In this document: one piece after another, positions 52,260-61,422 of the stretch
Numbering within the stretch: position 1 is the first letter of the stretch
Layout of the letters: each line of letters starts with the position of its first letter
Assembly (NCBI GenBank): GCA_963829055.1
Contig: CAWHHI010000006.1
Span: 320,001 to 384,000, forward strand
From: an uncultured Gemmatimonadaceae bacterium
GTDB lineage: Bacteria > Gemmatimonadota > Gemmatimonadetes > Gemmatimonadales > Gemmatimonadaceae
Reading direction: 5' to 3'
Length of the DNA stretch: 64,000 bases
The notes under the pieces: model-generated
What the model was told of the DNA's origin: nothing
What the model saw: only the letters and a program-made list of their open reading frames with translations
The model's database searches: none
Position numbers and translations under genes: made by a program

Positions 52260-52547
52260 TCACCTCAGGCCGGTCGGCCCTCGTGGTTTGTCGGGCGGCT
52301 CGCGTTCTCCAAGCTGCTCGAGCACCACCGATTCGGGTGGGTCCCACAGACCCGAGAGGCCTGGGAGGCTCGCTTCGCGGTGCGCGAACCGGATCCTGGT
52401 CCGGGCGATCTCGGCCACCAGTGCCGCGAACTCGTCGGGCGGGAGGTGCGCGCAGACTGGCCGGAGCCGGGCGGCAATGTCACCGACCAGCGCGGGTAGC
52501 GCGTCGCCCAGCGCTTCGTAGCCTTCGGGGTCCGGAATGTTTTGCAC
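52260..52547 (-). CDS. Small hypothetical protein
   Basis: LVGDIAARLRPVCAHLPPDEFAALVAEIAR; similar to 52774..53037. Confidence 0.6.
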   Translation of the reverse strand: MQNIPDPEGYEALGDALPALVGDIAARLRPVCAHLPPDEFAALVAEIARTRIRFAHREASLPGLSGLWDPPESVVLEQLGEREPPDKPRGPTGLR

Positions 52548-52773
52548 TGGTGCGGCGCTCGGGCGAGGGTAGTGCTACCGATCCCGCCTCGAGCGGCAAA
52601 TCCCGCACCCAAGGATGCGGGCGTCGCGCCAGAAGTCCGATCCGGGTGCGCCGCGCGTGTCCGCGCCGTCCGGTGAGGCCCTCGCGGACCATGGCCGATC
52701 CACCGTGTAACGCATTCGGGTGGCCCGCTCGCGGGCATGGCGAATGCGATTACTTGGGGCCCAAAGGAGCCCC

Positions 52774-53037
52774 ATGCCCCCGAGGCCGGACCGCCCGAAC
52801 GCGATGGACGAAGCCGCGCAACGCCTTGCCGCCGAAATGCCGGCGGCGGCGGGCCTGGGCTCGGCCGACGACGGGCGCATTGAGTTGGCGCAGTCGGTGG
52901 TTGCCGACATCGCCATCCGTCTCCGCCGCCTCGGGCTCCGCCTCTCTCACGACGATTTCGTCGCCCTGGTGCTCGAGTTGGCGCACGAACAACTGGTGGA
53001 CGGGGCAGCCGACGTCGACGCACGGCCCGGGAGCTAA
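52774..53037 (+). CDS. Small hypothetical protein, paralog of 52260..52547
   Basis: AAGGAG RBS; VVADIAIRLRRLGLRLSHDDFVALVLELAH. Confidence 0.62.
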   Translation: MPPRPDRPNAMDEAAQRLAAEMPAAAGLGSADDGRIELAQSVVADIAIRLRRLGLRLSHDDFVALVLELAHEQLVDGAADVDARPGS

Positions 53038-53041
53038 CGGT

Positions 53042-53275
53042 ATGGCGCTGCGCGAGCTCGAGGACGCATCGGGGTGCCGGTGGCAGGTGTGGGAGACCGC
53101 GCCCGCCAAGACTACTGGCCTCTCGGAACGCTATCGGGGTGGGTGGCTCACCTTCGACTGTGGCGCCGAGCGGCGCCGGTTAGCCCCGGTGCCCGCGGGA
53201 TGGGAGGCACTCCCGACCGAGCGGCTCCTCCTCCTGGTTCTTGCCGCGGAGCTGGTGCCCCGACGATTCGGCTAG
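53042..53275 (+). CDS. Small Trp-rich hypothetical protein
   Basis: MALRELEDASGCRWQVWET...GGWLTFDCGAERRRLAPVPAGWE; starts 4 nt after the previous stop. Confidence 0.7.
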   Translation: MALRELEDASGCRWQVWETAPAKTTGLSERYRGGWLTFDCGAERRRLAPVPAGWEALPTERLLLLVLAAELVPRRFG

Positions 53276-54252
53276 TCCGCCTTTCTCTTCGCGCGCCACG
53301 CGAGCACCGAGCGGCGTGCCGACGTCACCAGGCGAACCGGCGGAAAGGACACCACTCGAACCTGCGCGCGCAACAGAGCGACGGGGACTCCGTGCGCTTC
53401 CATGACGGACACGGTCTGGAGGGCAGCCTGCACGTTCCCTCGCGCGGCCGCGCTCAGCGCGAGATGGGCGACGTAGTTCCTGATGTACGCGGCAATCTCG
53501 CTCCGATATTCCGAGAGCTCGCCGGCCGCGACGCTCGGATTCGACAACACCCGGAAGTGCGACGCCGCGAAGTCCGCCGCGCTCGACGTCAGGCTGGAGT
53601 CGTGAACCCGGTAGTGCGCCACGACGTCTGTGACCGCGGCGACGTCGCCACGTGACGCGAACGTCAGCCTCTGTAGCAGGTCACAGACACTGCCGATCGC
53701 CTCGTCGTAGTACTCGCGCCGGTCCGGCGCGCCGATCGGAAACATGGTGCCCGCCAGTGTAACCGATCGCTCGCCGCGCAGGTGCGCACGGATGAAATCG
53801 GGCCCTCGTTCGACGTCCGGGCCCTGTCTCCTGGAGACCGCTCGAACGTCTCCGGCGCTGTTGATCACCGCGAACGCTCCGTACGCGAACTGCACGCCGG
53901 GCCGACGACAGGCACCGACGAGCAGCTCGACGGCCCGGGGCGTCAGAATATCGTCGTCGGAGACGAGCACGAAATAGTCGCCTCGGGCCGCGCGTAGCAG
54001 CGCGTTGAAGTTGCCGACCATGCCGAGGTTTCGCTCGTGCCGGATGGCGCGCAGTCGCGGTTCCGCCGCGCCGAGCTCACGCAGCAGGTCGGCGGTTCCG
54101 TCGGTGGACGCGTTGTCCCCCACGAGGATCTCGAGATGGGGATACGTTTGCGCGCGTATCGACTCCAGCGACTCGCGCACATAGGCGGCGCGGTTGAACG
54201 TCGGTACCGCGATGGTGACCATCGCGTTCGAGGAGTGATCGGCGGTCGCCAT
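53272..54252 (-). CDS. Glycosyltransferase family 2
   Basis: VTIAVPTFNR, GDNASTDGT, NLGMVGNFN, SDDD. Confidence 0.92.
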   Translation of the reverse strand: MATADHSSNAMVTIAVPTFNRAAYVRESLESIRAQTYPHLEILVGDNASTDGTADLLRELGAAEPRLRAIRHERNLGMVGNFNALLRAARGDYFVLVSDDDILTPRAVELLVGACRRPGVQFAYGAFAVINSAGDVRAVSRRQGPDVERGPDFIRAHLRGERSVTLAGTMFPIGAPDRREYYDEAIGSVCDLLQRLTFASRGDVAAVTDVVAHYRVHDSSLTSSAADFAASHFRVLSNPSVAAGELSEYRSEIAAYIRNYVAHLALSAAARGNVQAALQTVSVMEAHGVPVALLRAQVRVVSFPPVRLVTSARRSVLAWRAKRKAD

Positions 54253-54257
54253 CGTCG

Positions 54258-55790
54258 TTAGGCTCGGCCCATGGCTCGTCGCAACGTGTTGGCCGCGTCG
54301 ACGCGCTCGGCCGCCGTGAGTCCCGCCACCCAGACGAGCGGAATCGCGAGGACAGCCACGACCGCCAGCGTCGCGATGAGCGCGATCGGCGAGGACGACC
54401 CGCTTCGCAACAGCGCCCAGCGCAGACTGAGCGCGAATGCCGCGGTGACGAGAGCGACGCCGATGGACGGGGCCACCCACCGCACGTAGTCGCGGAGCGC
54501 TATGCCGAACAGCCGCATGCTGTACCGGGGCACGTACCAGTTGTTGGTGGCCAGCTGAGCGATCACCATGCCAGCCACGACGCCGGGGACGCCCCAGATG
54601 CGCGCCAGTGCGACGCCGAGCGCGATGGTCACCACGCCGGACAGAATCGCGACGCGCAGAAATACGATTCGTCCCGTCGCCATGACGGCGATGGCGTGCA
54701 CCACGTGGTGGGCTTCGAGCACGTACAGGAAGAGCAGCAGCCACAGACTCGTGTAGCCGACGAAGTTCTGGCTGCCGACCCAGGCGGCGATGATCTCCCG
54801 GCCGAGCACGCCTACCACCGCCGCGCCGACACAGAGGAGCGTCGTCACCTTTCGCAGCGTCAGCCGAAGCATCTCGGTCACGCCACGCGTGTCACTGGCC
54901 GCAACCGTCGACGAAATGAACGGCTCGATGACCTGCGCCGGCATGAGCGCGATGATGTACAGCGTCTCCGCGAGCTGCCTCGCCACGACGAACTGCGGAA
55001 CCGATTCGACGGAGACCTGCGATGCCACGATCAATGGCGCGCTGGCCAGGATGAGCGCGCCTCCCAGGTTAGTGCCCGCCCACTGCAGGCTCGGTCCTAT
55101 CATTCTCCGCGCAAGCGCGTGGTCGTACGCTGTGGGCGCTCGCAGCTCGGGCCTCAGGTGCCTAACGAGCGGAATGGCGGCCAGGAGCAGCACGTTCTGA
55201 GTAGCCCACGCTGCCGCGAAGCCGACCAGCCCGAACCCGCTAAAACCGGCCAGCGCCGCGAGCCCGGTACCCATCATGTACGCCATCGCGCGCGCGAGCC
55301 GCTGCAGGCTCACCATTCCCCACCCGGATGCGACGGCGAACGCGTGACCGGCGAAGATGCTCGCCGCCGAGCCACCGACGAAGAGCCACCAGGCGGTCCG
55401 CCGGGATGCATTCCACTCGAGGCCCCCGAACCGGGGCAGTACGAGCCAACCTAACGATCCTCCGACGACGAGCACGATCGCGACGAGGACCAGGTACAGC
55501 CGCAGCGACGTCCAGTACACATCGCGGGCGCTCGTGCCCGCGTCGGCCTGACCCCCGCGCGCGAACGCCGTGAGCCGCGTGACGGTCGGCCCGAGACCGA
55601 CATCGAAGAGGTTCACGTAGGCGATCAGGCCGATCAGCACCATCCAGAACCCGGCCTCGTCGCGCGGCAGGAATGACAGGACGAGCAGCGTGTACATCGG
55701 GCCAAGCACGATGGACACGCCGATCTGAAACCATCCGGCGAAGATCCCGCGTGCGATCGCTCGCGCGGCCCCGTGCTTTCGATCAGCCAC
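54258..55790 (-). CDS. Wzx-like oligosaccharide flippase
   Basis: 12 or more TM segments, FDVGLGPTVTR; located in a polysaccharide cluster; start uncertain. Confidence 0.82.
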   Translation of the reverse strand: MADRKHGAARAIARGIFAGWFQIGVSIVLGPMYTLLVLSFLPRDEAGFWMVLIGLIAYVNLFDVGLGPTVTRLTAFARGGQADAGTSARDVYWTSLRLYLVLVAIVLVVGGSLGWLVLPRFGGLEWNASRRTAWWLFVGGSAASIFAGHAFAVASGWGMVSLQRLARAMAYMMGTGLAALAGFSGFGLVGFAAAWATQNVLLLAAIPLVRHLRPELRAPTAYDHALARRMIGPSLQWAGTNLGGALILASAPLIVASQVSVESVPQFVVARQLAETLYIIALMPAQVIEPFISSTVAASDTRGVTEMLRLTLRKVTTLLCVGAAVVGVLGREIIAAWVGSQNFVGYTSLWLLLFLYVLEAHHVVHAIAVMATGRIVFLRVAILSGVVTIALGVALARIWGVPGVVAGMVIAQLATNNWYVPRYSMRLFGIALRDYVRWVAPSIGVALVTAAFALSLRWALLRSGSSSPIALIATLAVVAVLAIPLVWVAGLTAAERVDAANTLRRAMGRA

Positions 55791-55803
55791 GATCAGCCCC
55801 GAA

Positions 55804-56703
55804 TCAACTATTGGCGAGGCTGCGAAGCCCGTCCGCGAGCGGCACAGCGGGCCGCCAGCCGGGAAGTGGATCACCCGTCCAGGGGACCATCACCTCCCGA
55901 TCACGATATGGACGTCCTCCCCAGACGACGTCCACGCGGCGCCCGGTGACGGAGGAGTAGAGCTCGACGACCTCTCGCAGCGTGTACCTCCGCGCCGCGG
56001 GTACCGCGAACGACTCGCTCGAGTCGACGTCGCTGCTTCCTGCCCGTCGTGCGGCCACGAGGAGCGCGTCGACGACGTCGTCGACGTGCACGAGGTCGAG
56101 CAGCTGCTCGCCCGGTGACATCTGGAGCGGCACACCGGTCTCGCTCGCGCGGTGCAGCACGGTGAAGAGTTTCTGTCTCCGGTCGCCAGGGCCGTAGGTG
56201 TCGAAGAGCTTCAGTGTCACGGCTCGTAACGTGGACGCAGCGGTGAAGTACGCCAGAAGATCCTGGACCGCCTGCTTCGTCGCGGCGTAGAGGTTCACCG
56301 GTCGCGCGGGTGCGCCTGTCTGGTGCTGCCAGCCGGTGCCCACGTTCACGAGTCGGCGGTTGCCCGCGCCCGCGAGCGCGTCGAAGAGCTGCGCCGAGAA
56401 CAGTACGTTGTCGTCGATCAGGCCAGCGATGTCGTCGGGGCCGTGCTGGGCCACGAACCGCGCCGCGAGATGGAAGGTCACGTCCGGCTTGGCGCGACGC
56501 ACGACGTCGGCGAGTGCCGCCGTGGTTCCGTCATGGAGTACCGGTCGGACGCCTTCCGGCAGCAGACGCGTATCCGTCGTCGGTCGGACGACCGCGACGA
56601 CCGTGGCTCCTCGCGCTACCAGTCGCGCCGCCAGGTGCGTCCCGATGAATCCGGTAGCGCCGGTAATGAGGGCGGTGCTCCCCGTCAGATCACCGTTATC
56701 CAT
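55804..56703 (-). CDS. NAD-dependent epimerase/dehydratase (CDP-abequose/paratose synthase-like)
   Basis: ITGATGFIG, FHLAA, PVNLYAATK, LFDTYGPGD.R.KL. Confidence 0.85.
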   Translation of the reverse strand: MDNGDLTGSTALITGATGFIGTHLAARLVARGATVVAVVRPTTDTRLLPEGVRPVLHDGTTAALADVVRRAKPDVTFHLAARFVAQHGPDDIAGLIDDNVLFSAQLFDALAGAGNRRLVNVGTGWQHQTGAPARPVNLYAATKQAVQDLLAYFTAASTLRAVTLKLFDTYGPGDRRQKLFTVLHRASETGVPLQMSPGEQLLDLVHVDDVVDALLVAARRAGSSDVDSSESFAVPAARRYTLREVVELYSSVTGRRVDVVWGGRPYRDREVMVPWTGDPLPGWRPAVPLADGLRSLANS

Positions 56704-57310
56704 CCGCTGGGTCGGCGAACTCGAACGGGGTCACGAACTCCTCCAGGGCGGGGAGCATTGCGTCTCGTGCGGACACGATCGGACTGCGGCCCGGCCATTC
56801 CATACCGAAGCTGTCCCAGCGTACGCCGCTGTCGTGCTGTGGCGAGTGAACGCTCGTGACCAGGTATCCGAGAATGCTCCGGTCGCTCGTGGCGCAAAAG
56901 CCGTGGGCGACGCCGGGCGGGATGTAGAGCCCCCGTGGCACCGACTCGTCGAGCTCCAGGGAGACGTGCTTGCCATAGGTCGGCGAGCCCCGTCGCAGGT
57001 CGAGCAGCACGTCGACCATCGTGCCGGCGACGCACCAGACGACCTTCGCCTGCTCACTGGGCGGAAGCTGGAGGTGCATCCCGCGGATCGCACCACGCCG
57101 AGAGGTGGTGTAGAACGCCTCGGCGAAATCGTGCTCGAGGCCGCACGCTGCGTAACTCGGCGCGTGGAAGAACTTCACGAATCGACCGCGCTCGTCGTCG
57201 GCTACGCGCGGCACGACCTCGAGGCAGCCCGGAAGGCCCGTCGGGGCGAAGGCGATCGGAAACGTGGTGGCCGGATGGCGGCTCGCGCCCGGCGCAGCGA
57301 GGCCAGCCAT
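56696..57310 (-). CDS. rfbC: dTDP-4-dehydrorhamnose 3,5-epimerase family
   Basis: DERGRF, IRGMHLQ, K.V.C..G...DV.LDLR.GSPTYG, GVAHGF, S.RD. Confidence 0.9.
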   Translation of the reverse strand: MAGLAAPGASRHPATTFPIAFAPTGLPGCLEVVPRVADDERGRFVKFFHAPSYAACGLEHDFAEAFYTTSRRGAIRGMHLQLPPSEQAKVVWCVAGTMVDVLLDLRRGSPTYGKHVSLELDESVPRGLYIPPGVAHGFCATSDRSILGYLVTSVHSPQHDSGVRWDSFGMEWPGRSPIVSARDAMLPALEEFVTPFEFADPADG

Positions 57311-57550
57311 CAGACGGTCGATCTCCTGGAGCTCAATTCCGCCCTCGTGCAGCAAGAGTGCATGGCGCTCGGATACCTAATAGCTGTGCTCGTCATAGTT
57401 GTGCAGAGATATGGCAAAGCCGACTCACAAGGTAACCTGGACACACGCGTCAGCGCGTACGCGCCAGGCTGACCCGCCGTGCTGCCGTGTCCGCTCGCGC
57501 GATTCGCCTGTCGGCGTTAGGTTGGCGCCGCCCAATAACCCGAGCGTCTC

Positions 57551-57748
57551 ATGTCGCTTACCCCCGAGCAATGCCGGGCACTCGTCGACGCGATCACGGT
57601 CGCCGGCTCGGCCGACGCCCTGGAGGAATTGCGCCGGATGTTCGAGCGCGAGCAGGGGCCGGCCGTGCCGGGCGGCTTTCTCGAACTGCTGATCGACGTC
57701 CGGCACTCGAAGCTGGGACAGCCGCGGGACCGGGGGCGCGTGTCGTAG
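57551..57748 (+). CDS. Small hypothetical protein
   Basis: 65-aa ORF with high-GC3 codon usage and an amphipathic helical pattern. Confidence 0.45.
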   Translation: MSLTPEQCRALVDAITVAGSADALEELRRMFEREQGPAVPGGFLELLIDVRHSKLGQPRDRGRVS

Positions 57749-57873
57749 CCGCCCCCCAAGGAGCTCGGCCGCGAGGCGGCACTCGACGGCGCCTGTCGCG
57801 CGCCGTAGGATCAGAGATCGCAGAGCTGACCGCGCGGCCTATCTCATCACCACCGGCGGACGACCGCCGAATC

Positions 57874-58092
57874 ATGCCTGGCTCGCAGAGCGAGTTCGAA
57901 CGGCTCGTCTTCGAGATCGCGTCGTCGACGTCGACCGCAGACCTTCGCGCGCTACGCGACTACGTCCGCGAGGCGTTCGCTGGCGATGCGCATCTACGAG
58001 ACCTCGACGAGCGCATCACCCATCGCGAGCAGCTCGTGGCGAGCGCCGAGGGGTTGATCGACGACGTCCGCCACCCGCGGCGCGACGATTGA
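57874..58092 (+). CDS. Small hypothetical protein
   Basis: MPGSQSEFERLVFEIASSTSTADLRALRDYVREAF...; good codon bias. Confidence 0.55.
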   Translation: MPGSQSEFERLVFEIASSTSTADLRALRDYVREAFAGDAHLRDLDERITHREQLVASAEGLIDDVRHPRRDD

Positions 58093-58109
58093 GACGCTTC
58101 GGTGTGGCG

Positions 58110-58198
58110 AGTGGAATGCGAGTGAGCTGTTGATAGCAGGCGATTCCGGCCAATACGGCCTGCATCGCCTGCTATGAACAGTTCACGCTCGCTCCACT
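58110..58198. repeat. Long imperfect hairpin between convergent genes
   Basis: gtgagctgttgatagcaggcgat ... atcgcctgctatgaacagttcac. Confidence 0.7.
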
Positions 58199-58688
58199 AG
58201 GTGGCGCGATTCCGTAAGGCACGGGTCACGGCGCGGTCGAAGGCCGACGCGAACGCCTGCTTGTCCTTGGCCGAATATGCCCGTGGTCCTCCCGTCTCCA
58301 CACCGGCGGTGCGAAGCGCGTCAGCGAAGTCTCTCACACTGAGTCGTTCGCCTACGGTCTCGGTCGTGTGCTCATAGCCTCGCGGGTCGATCACGGTCAC
58401 GCGCGCTGCCACGAGGATCGCCGCCAGCGGAATGTCCGCCGTGATCGCGATATCGCCTGATCTCGCGTTCTCCGCGATGTAGCGGTCTGCGGCGTCGGGA
58501 CTCCCCTCGACCCGGACAGCGGTGATCATCGGATGGCCCAGCGGGATCTGCGCCCGCTGATTCGCGACGATGATCGTCTCCAGCGTCAGTCTGTGTGCCG
58601 CGCGATAGACGATGTCCTTCACGTCGCGCGGCGTTGCGTCGCCGTCGAGCCAGATCCGCGTCACACTCCCTGTCACGGGGCCTGTCAC
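58197..58688 (-). CDS. YaiI/YqxD (DUF188) family protein
   Basis: IWLDGDATP, DAAD.YI, ITADIPLAA, DPRG, TGGP; start either 58688 (GTGA overlap) or 58664. Confidence 0.9.
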   Translation of the reverse strand: MTGPVTGSVTRIWLDGDATPRDVKDIVYRAAHRLTLETIIVANQRAQIPLGHPMITAVRVEGSPDAADRYIAENARSGDIAITADIPLAAILVAARVTVIDPRGYEHTTETVGERLSVRDFADALRTAGVETGGPRAYSAKDKQAFASAFDRAVTRALRNRAT

Positions 58689-61141
58689 GTGCCCTTCGAG
58701 GGCTTCGCCATCACGGTCGGGTCGAGCTTCATCGTTCTCGCCGCATCGGCGAAGCGCGGATCCGTGCGGATCCCGTCGAATAGCGGTGCATTGATGGACA
58801 TCGCGTAGAGCCAGGGATCCTTCTCTCGCGCGCCGCGCTCGAGCCAGTCCAGCGCCTTCTCGCGCTCGTCGAGTCCGGCGTAGCCCATCGCCATCGCGAT
58901 CGGTGACCCGCCACGGCCGTTTGCGCGCGCTTCCGCCGGCGCGAGCACGGCCCGGGCACTGTCGGCCTTGCCGCTCTTCGCGAGCGCGAACGCGAGCGAT
59001 CCCACGAGCGGGTCGATTCCCTGGCCGAGCCTGACGGCGCGCTGGAAACCCGCCGCGGCCGCGGGATACTCGCCGGCGAACAGGCGCGTGAATGCGAGAA
59101 ACGCGTGGCCGATCCACAGCGTCGAGTCCAACTCTACCGCGCGTTGTCCCGCGAGCATCCCTTCCTGATACCTGCCCGCGAGGCCGAGCGTGTAGCCCAA
59201 CTCGGCGTTGATCACCGGTGACAGCGGCTCGAGATCGCGTGCACGCTCGAGCTCCTTGACGGCTTCGCGCACACGCCCGGTGATGATCAGCACTTCGGAG
59301 TACCACTGGTGGCCCGTCGCGTAGTTGCTGTCGAGCGCGAGGCCGCGGCGGAACTCGGTGGCCGCCGGTTCCCAGTCACCGGTGCTCTTGAGGATCAGGC
59401 CTAACGTCGTGTGCGCCTCGGCCACCGTGCTATCGAGCGCCAGTGCACGCTCGGCTGCCTTGCGCGCGAGCGGGTACGCGCTGTCGGCGGGCGTGGTGCC
59501 GTAGATCGGCATGAGGCCGAGCGCGTCGGCGAGACCGGCGTAGGCGCGGGCGAACGTGGGATCGCGTTCGATGGCCTGACCGAAGTAGTCCGCGGCGCGA
59601 TGCAGCGCGTCGTTTCCACGCTGATGGAAGAAGTAGCGTCCGCGTAGATAGAGGTCGTAAGCGACGAGATCCTCGGTGCCGGCGAGTGCAGTGCCTGGGG
59701 TTCCGGCTTTCTGGCCGGCAGGCGCAGGGGCGAGCGCGACGCGCAGTGCGCCCGCGATGCTACCCGCGATGTCGTCCTGCACCTGGAAGACATCCTTCAT
59801 CTGGCGCTCGTACGTGTCCGACCAGAGCGCGAGATTGTCGTTCGCGTTCGTGAGTTGCGCGGTGACGCGGAGGCGATCGCCGGAGCGGCGGATCGTGCCC
59901 TCGAGCAGGCTCGATACCTTGAGTGTCTTCGCGATCTGCGTTGCGTCCATTCCCTTGCTCTTGAGCGCGAACACGGATGTCCGCGACGCAACACGCAGTC
60001 CCGGGATCTTGCCGAGCGCGCTCGTGAGCTCGTCGGTGATGCCTTCGCTGAAGTACCGGTCGCTGTCGCTGCCGCCGACGTTCTCGAGTGGCAGTACGGC
60101 GACCGAGCGCGGTGAGGCAGCGTCCGTCGATGCGGTACCACGATCGCCGCGTCGGGACAGGAACAGCGCGGCTGTCGTCGCGATGATGAACAGCGCCGCG
60201 AACGTGACGGCGAGGATCGTCCTGTTCGTCTTCGGTGCGACGGCTGGAACGGGCGCAGTACGGCCTAACGTGGAAGAGCCGCTCGATACCAGCGCCTGGT
60301 CGAGCCCGTGCACGAGCTCGGTAGCTGTCTGCGGACGCTTCGATGGGTCCTTCTCGAGGCATCGTCGCACGAGATCGACGAGCGGCACCGGCGCGTCTGG
60401 CCGCGCCACGGACAGCAGCGGCGGCACCTCCGTCATCTGCGCCGCGAGCAAGGCGGCCGGAGCACGGCCCGCGAATGGCGGGACGCCGGCGAACAGCTCG
60501 TAGGCCATGATGCCGAACGAATAAATGTCGGCACGATGGTCGGTGCTGGGGTCGGCCGCGGCCTGCTCGGGCGCCATGTAGAGCGGCGTGCCTAACGAGA
60601 AACCGATCTGCGTGAGCGACCCACCGGGCGCCGAGGTTCCCTCGCGCGCCGACGAGATGGCTTTCGCGACGCCGAAGTCGGTGACGACGGCGGCACCGCC
60701 CGACAGCAGTACGTTGTCGGGCTTGATATCGCGATGGACGATGCCGCGCTCGTGCGCATAGGCGAGCGCCACGGCAACGTCGCGCAGAATGTTCGCGCCG
60801 TCGGCGATCGACACTTTCGTCCCGGCCTTCAGCAGGTCGCGGAGCGAACGTCCTTCGACGAACGGCATCGTGAAGAACGGGACGCCGTCCGCTTCGCCCG
60901 CGGTGATGACGGGGACGATGTGTGGATTCTGCAGCCGAGCGACGAGCTGGATCTCGCGATGGAAGCGATCGAGGCTGACGCCGCCGGCGACATCGGGCGG
61001 GAGCAGCTTGATCACGACCTGGCGGTCGAGCCGGCGCTCGGTGGCGAGAAAGACGTGACTCATCCCTCCGCCGCCGAGCTCGCGCTCGATGGCGTATGCG
61101 TCACCGAGTGCGACCTGGAGTCGCTCGCGGAGCTCGGTCAT
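58685..61141 (-). CDS. Ser/Thr kinase with TM, TolB-like domain and TPR repeats
   Basis: ELGGGGMS, HRDIKPDN, DFGVAK, YMAPEQ; SVAVLPL.N...YFSEGITDE; AYDLYLRGR; TPRs. Confidence 0.95.
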   Translation of the reverse strand: MTELRERLQVALGDAYAIERELGGGGMSHVFLATERRLDRQVVIKLLPPDVAGGVSLDRFHREIQLVARLQNPHIVPVITAGEADGVPFFTMPFVEGRSLRDLLKAGTKVSIADGANILRDVAVALAYAHERGIVHRDIKPDNVLLSGGAAVVTDFGVAKAISSAREGTSAPGGSLTQIGFSLGTPLYMAPEQAAADPSTDHRADIYSFGIMAYELFAGVPPFAGRAPAALLAAQMTEVPPLLSVARPDAPVPLVDLVRRCLEKDPSKRPQTATELVHGLDQALVSSGSSTLGRTAPVPAVAPKTNRTILAVTFAALFIIATTAALFLSRRGDRGTASTDAASPRSVAVLPLENVGGSDSDRYFSEGITDELTSALGKIPGLRVASRTSVFALKSKGMDATQIAKTLKVSSLLEGTIRRSGDRLRVTAQLTNANDNLALWSDTYERQMKDVFQVQDDIAGSIAGALRVALAPAPAGQKAGTPGTALAGTEDLVAYDLYLRGRYFFHQRGNDALHRAADYFGQAIERDPTFARAYAGLADALGLMPIYGTTPADSAYPLARKAAERALALDSTVAEAHTTLGLILKSTGDWEPAATEFRRGLALDSNYATGHQWYSEVLIITGRVREAVKELERARDLEPLSPVINAELGYTLGLAGRYQEGMLAGQRAVELDSTLWIGHAFLAFTRLFAGEYPAAAAGFQRAVRLGQGIDPLVGSLAFALAKSGKADSARAVLAPAEARANGRGGSPIAMAMGYAGLDEREKALDWLERGAREKDPWLYAMSINAPLFDGIRTDPRFADAARTMKLDPTVMAKPSKGT

Positions 61142-61144
61142 GGG

Positions 61145-61420
61145 GGGACAGGAGGGAACAGGGAACCGGGAACTGCAGGAGCTGGTAGCTGGTCGCTCGT
61201 GCTGGTCGCTGGTCGCGGTCGCATTGAGAGCGAACGGCAGCGAGGGGTCTTCTCGAACGCCAACGTGGCCGGTCTGGCCACGAGTACTTCACGGAAGATC
61301 CCTCGCTGCGCTCGGGATGACAACCGCGCTCGGGATGACACCGCGCTCGGTATGCGTCCGCCGTCCGCCATCCGCCGTCCGCCCTCCGACGGCCTCCTTC
61401 CTTCGGCCTCCTTCCTAAGG
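61145..61420. repeat. Mosaic of heptamer repeats and a REP-like CGCTCGGGATGAC element
   Basis: gggaaca/gggaacc, gctggtc repeats, agatccctcgctgcgctcgggatgac, ccgtccg repeats. Confidence 0.75.
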
Positions 61421-61422
61421 CC

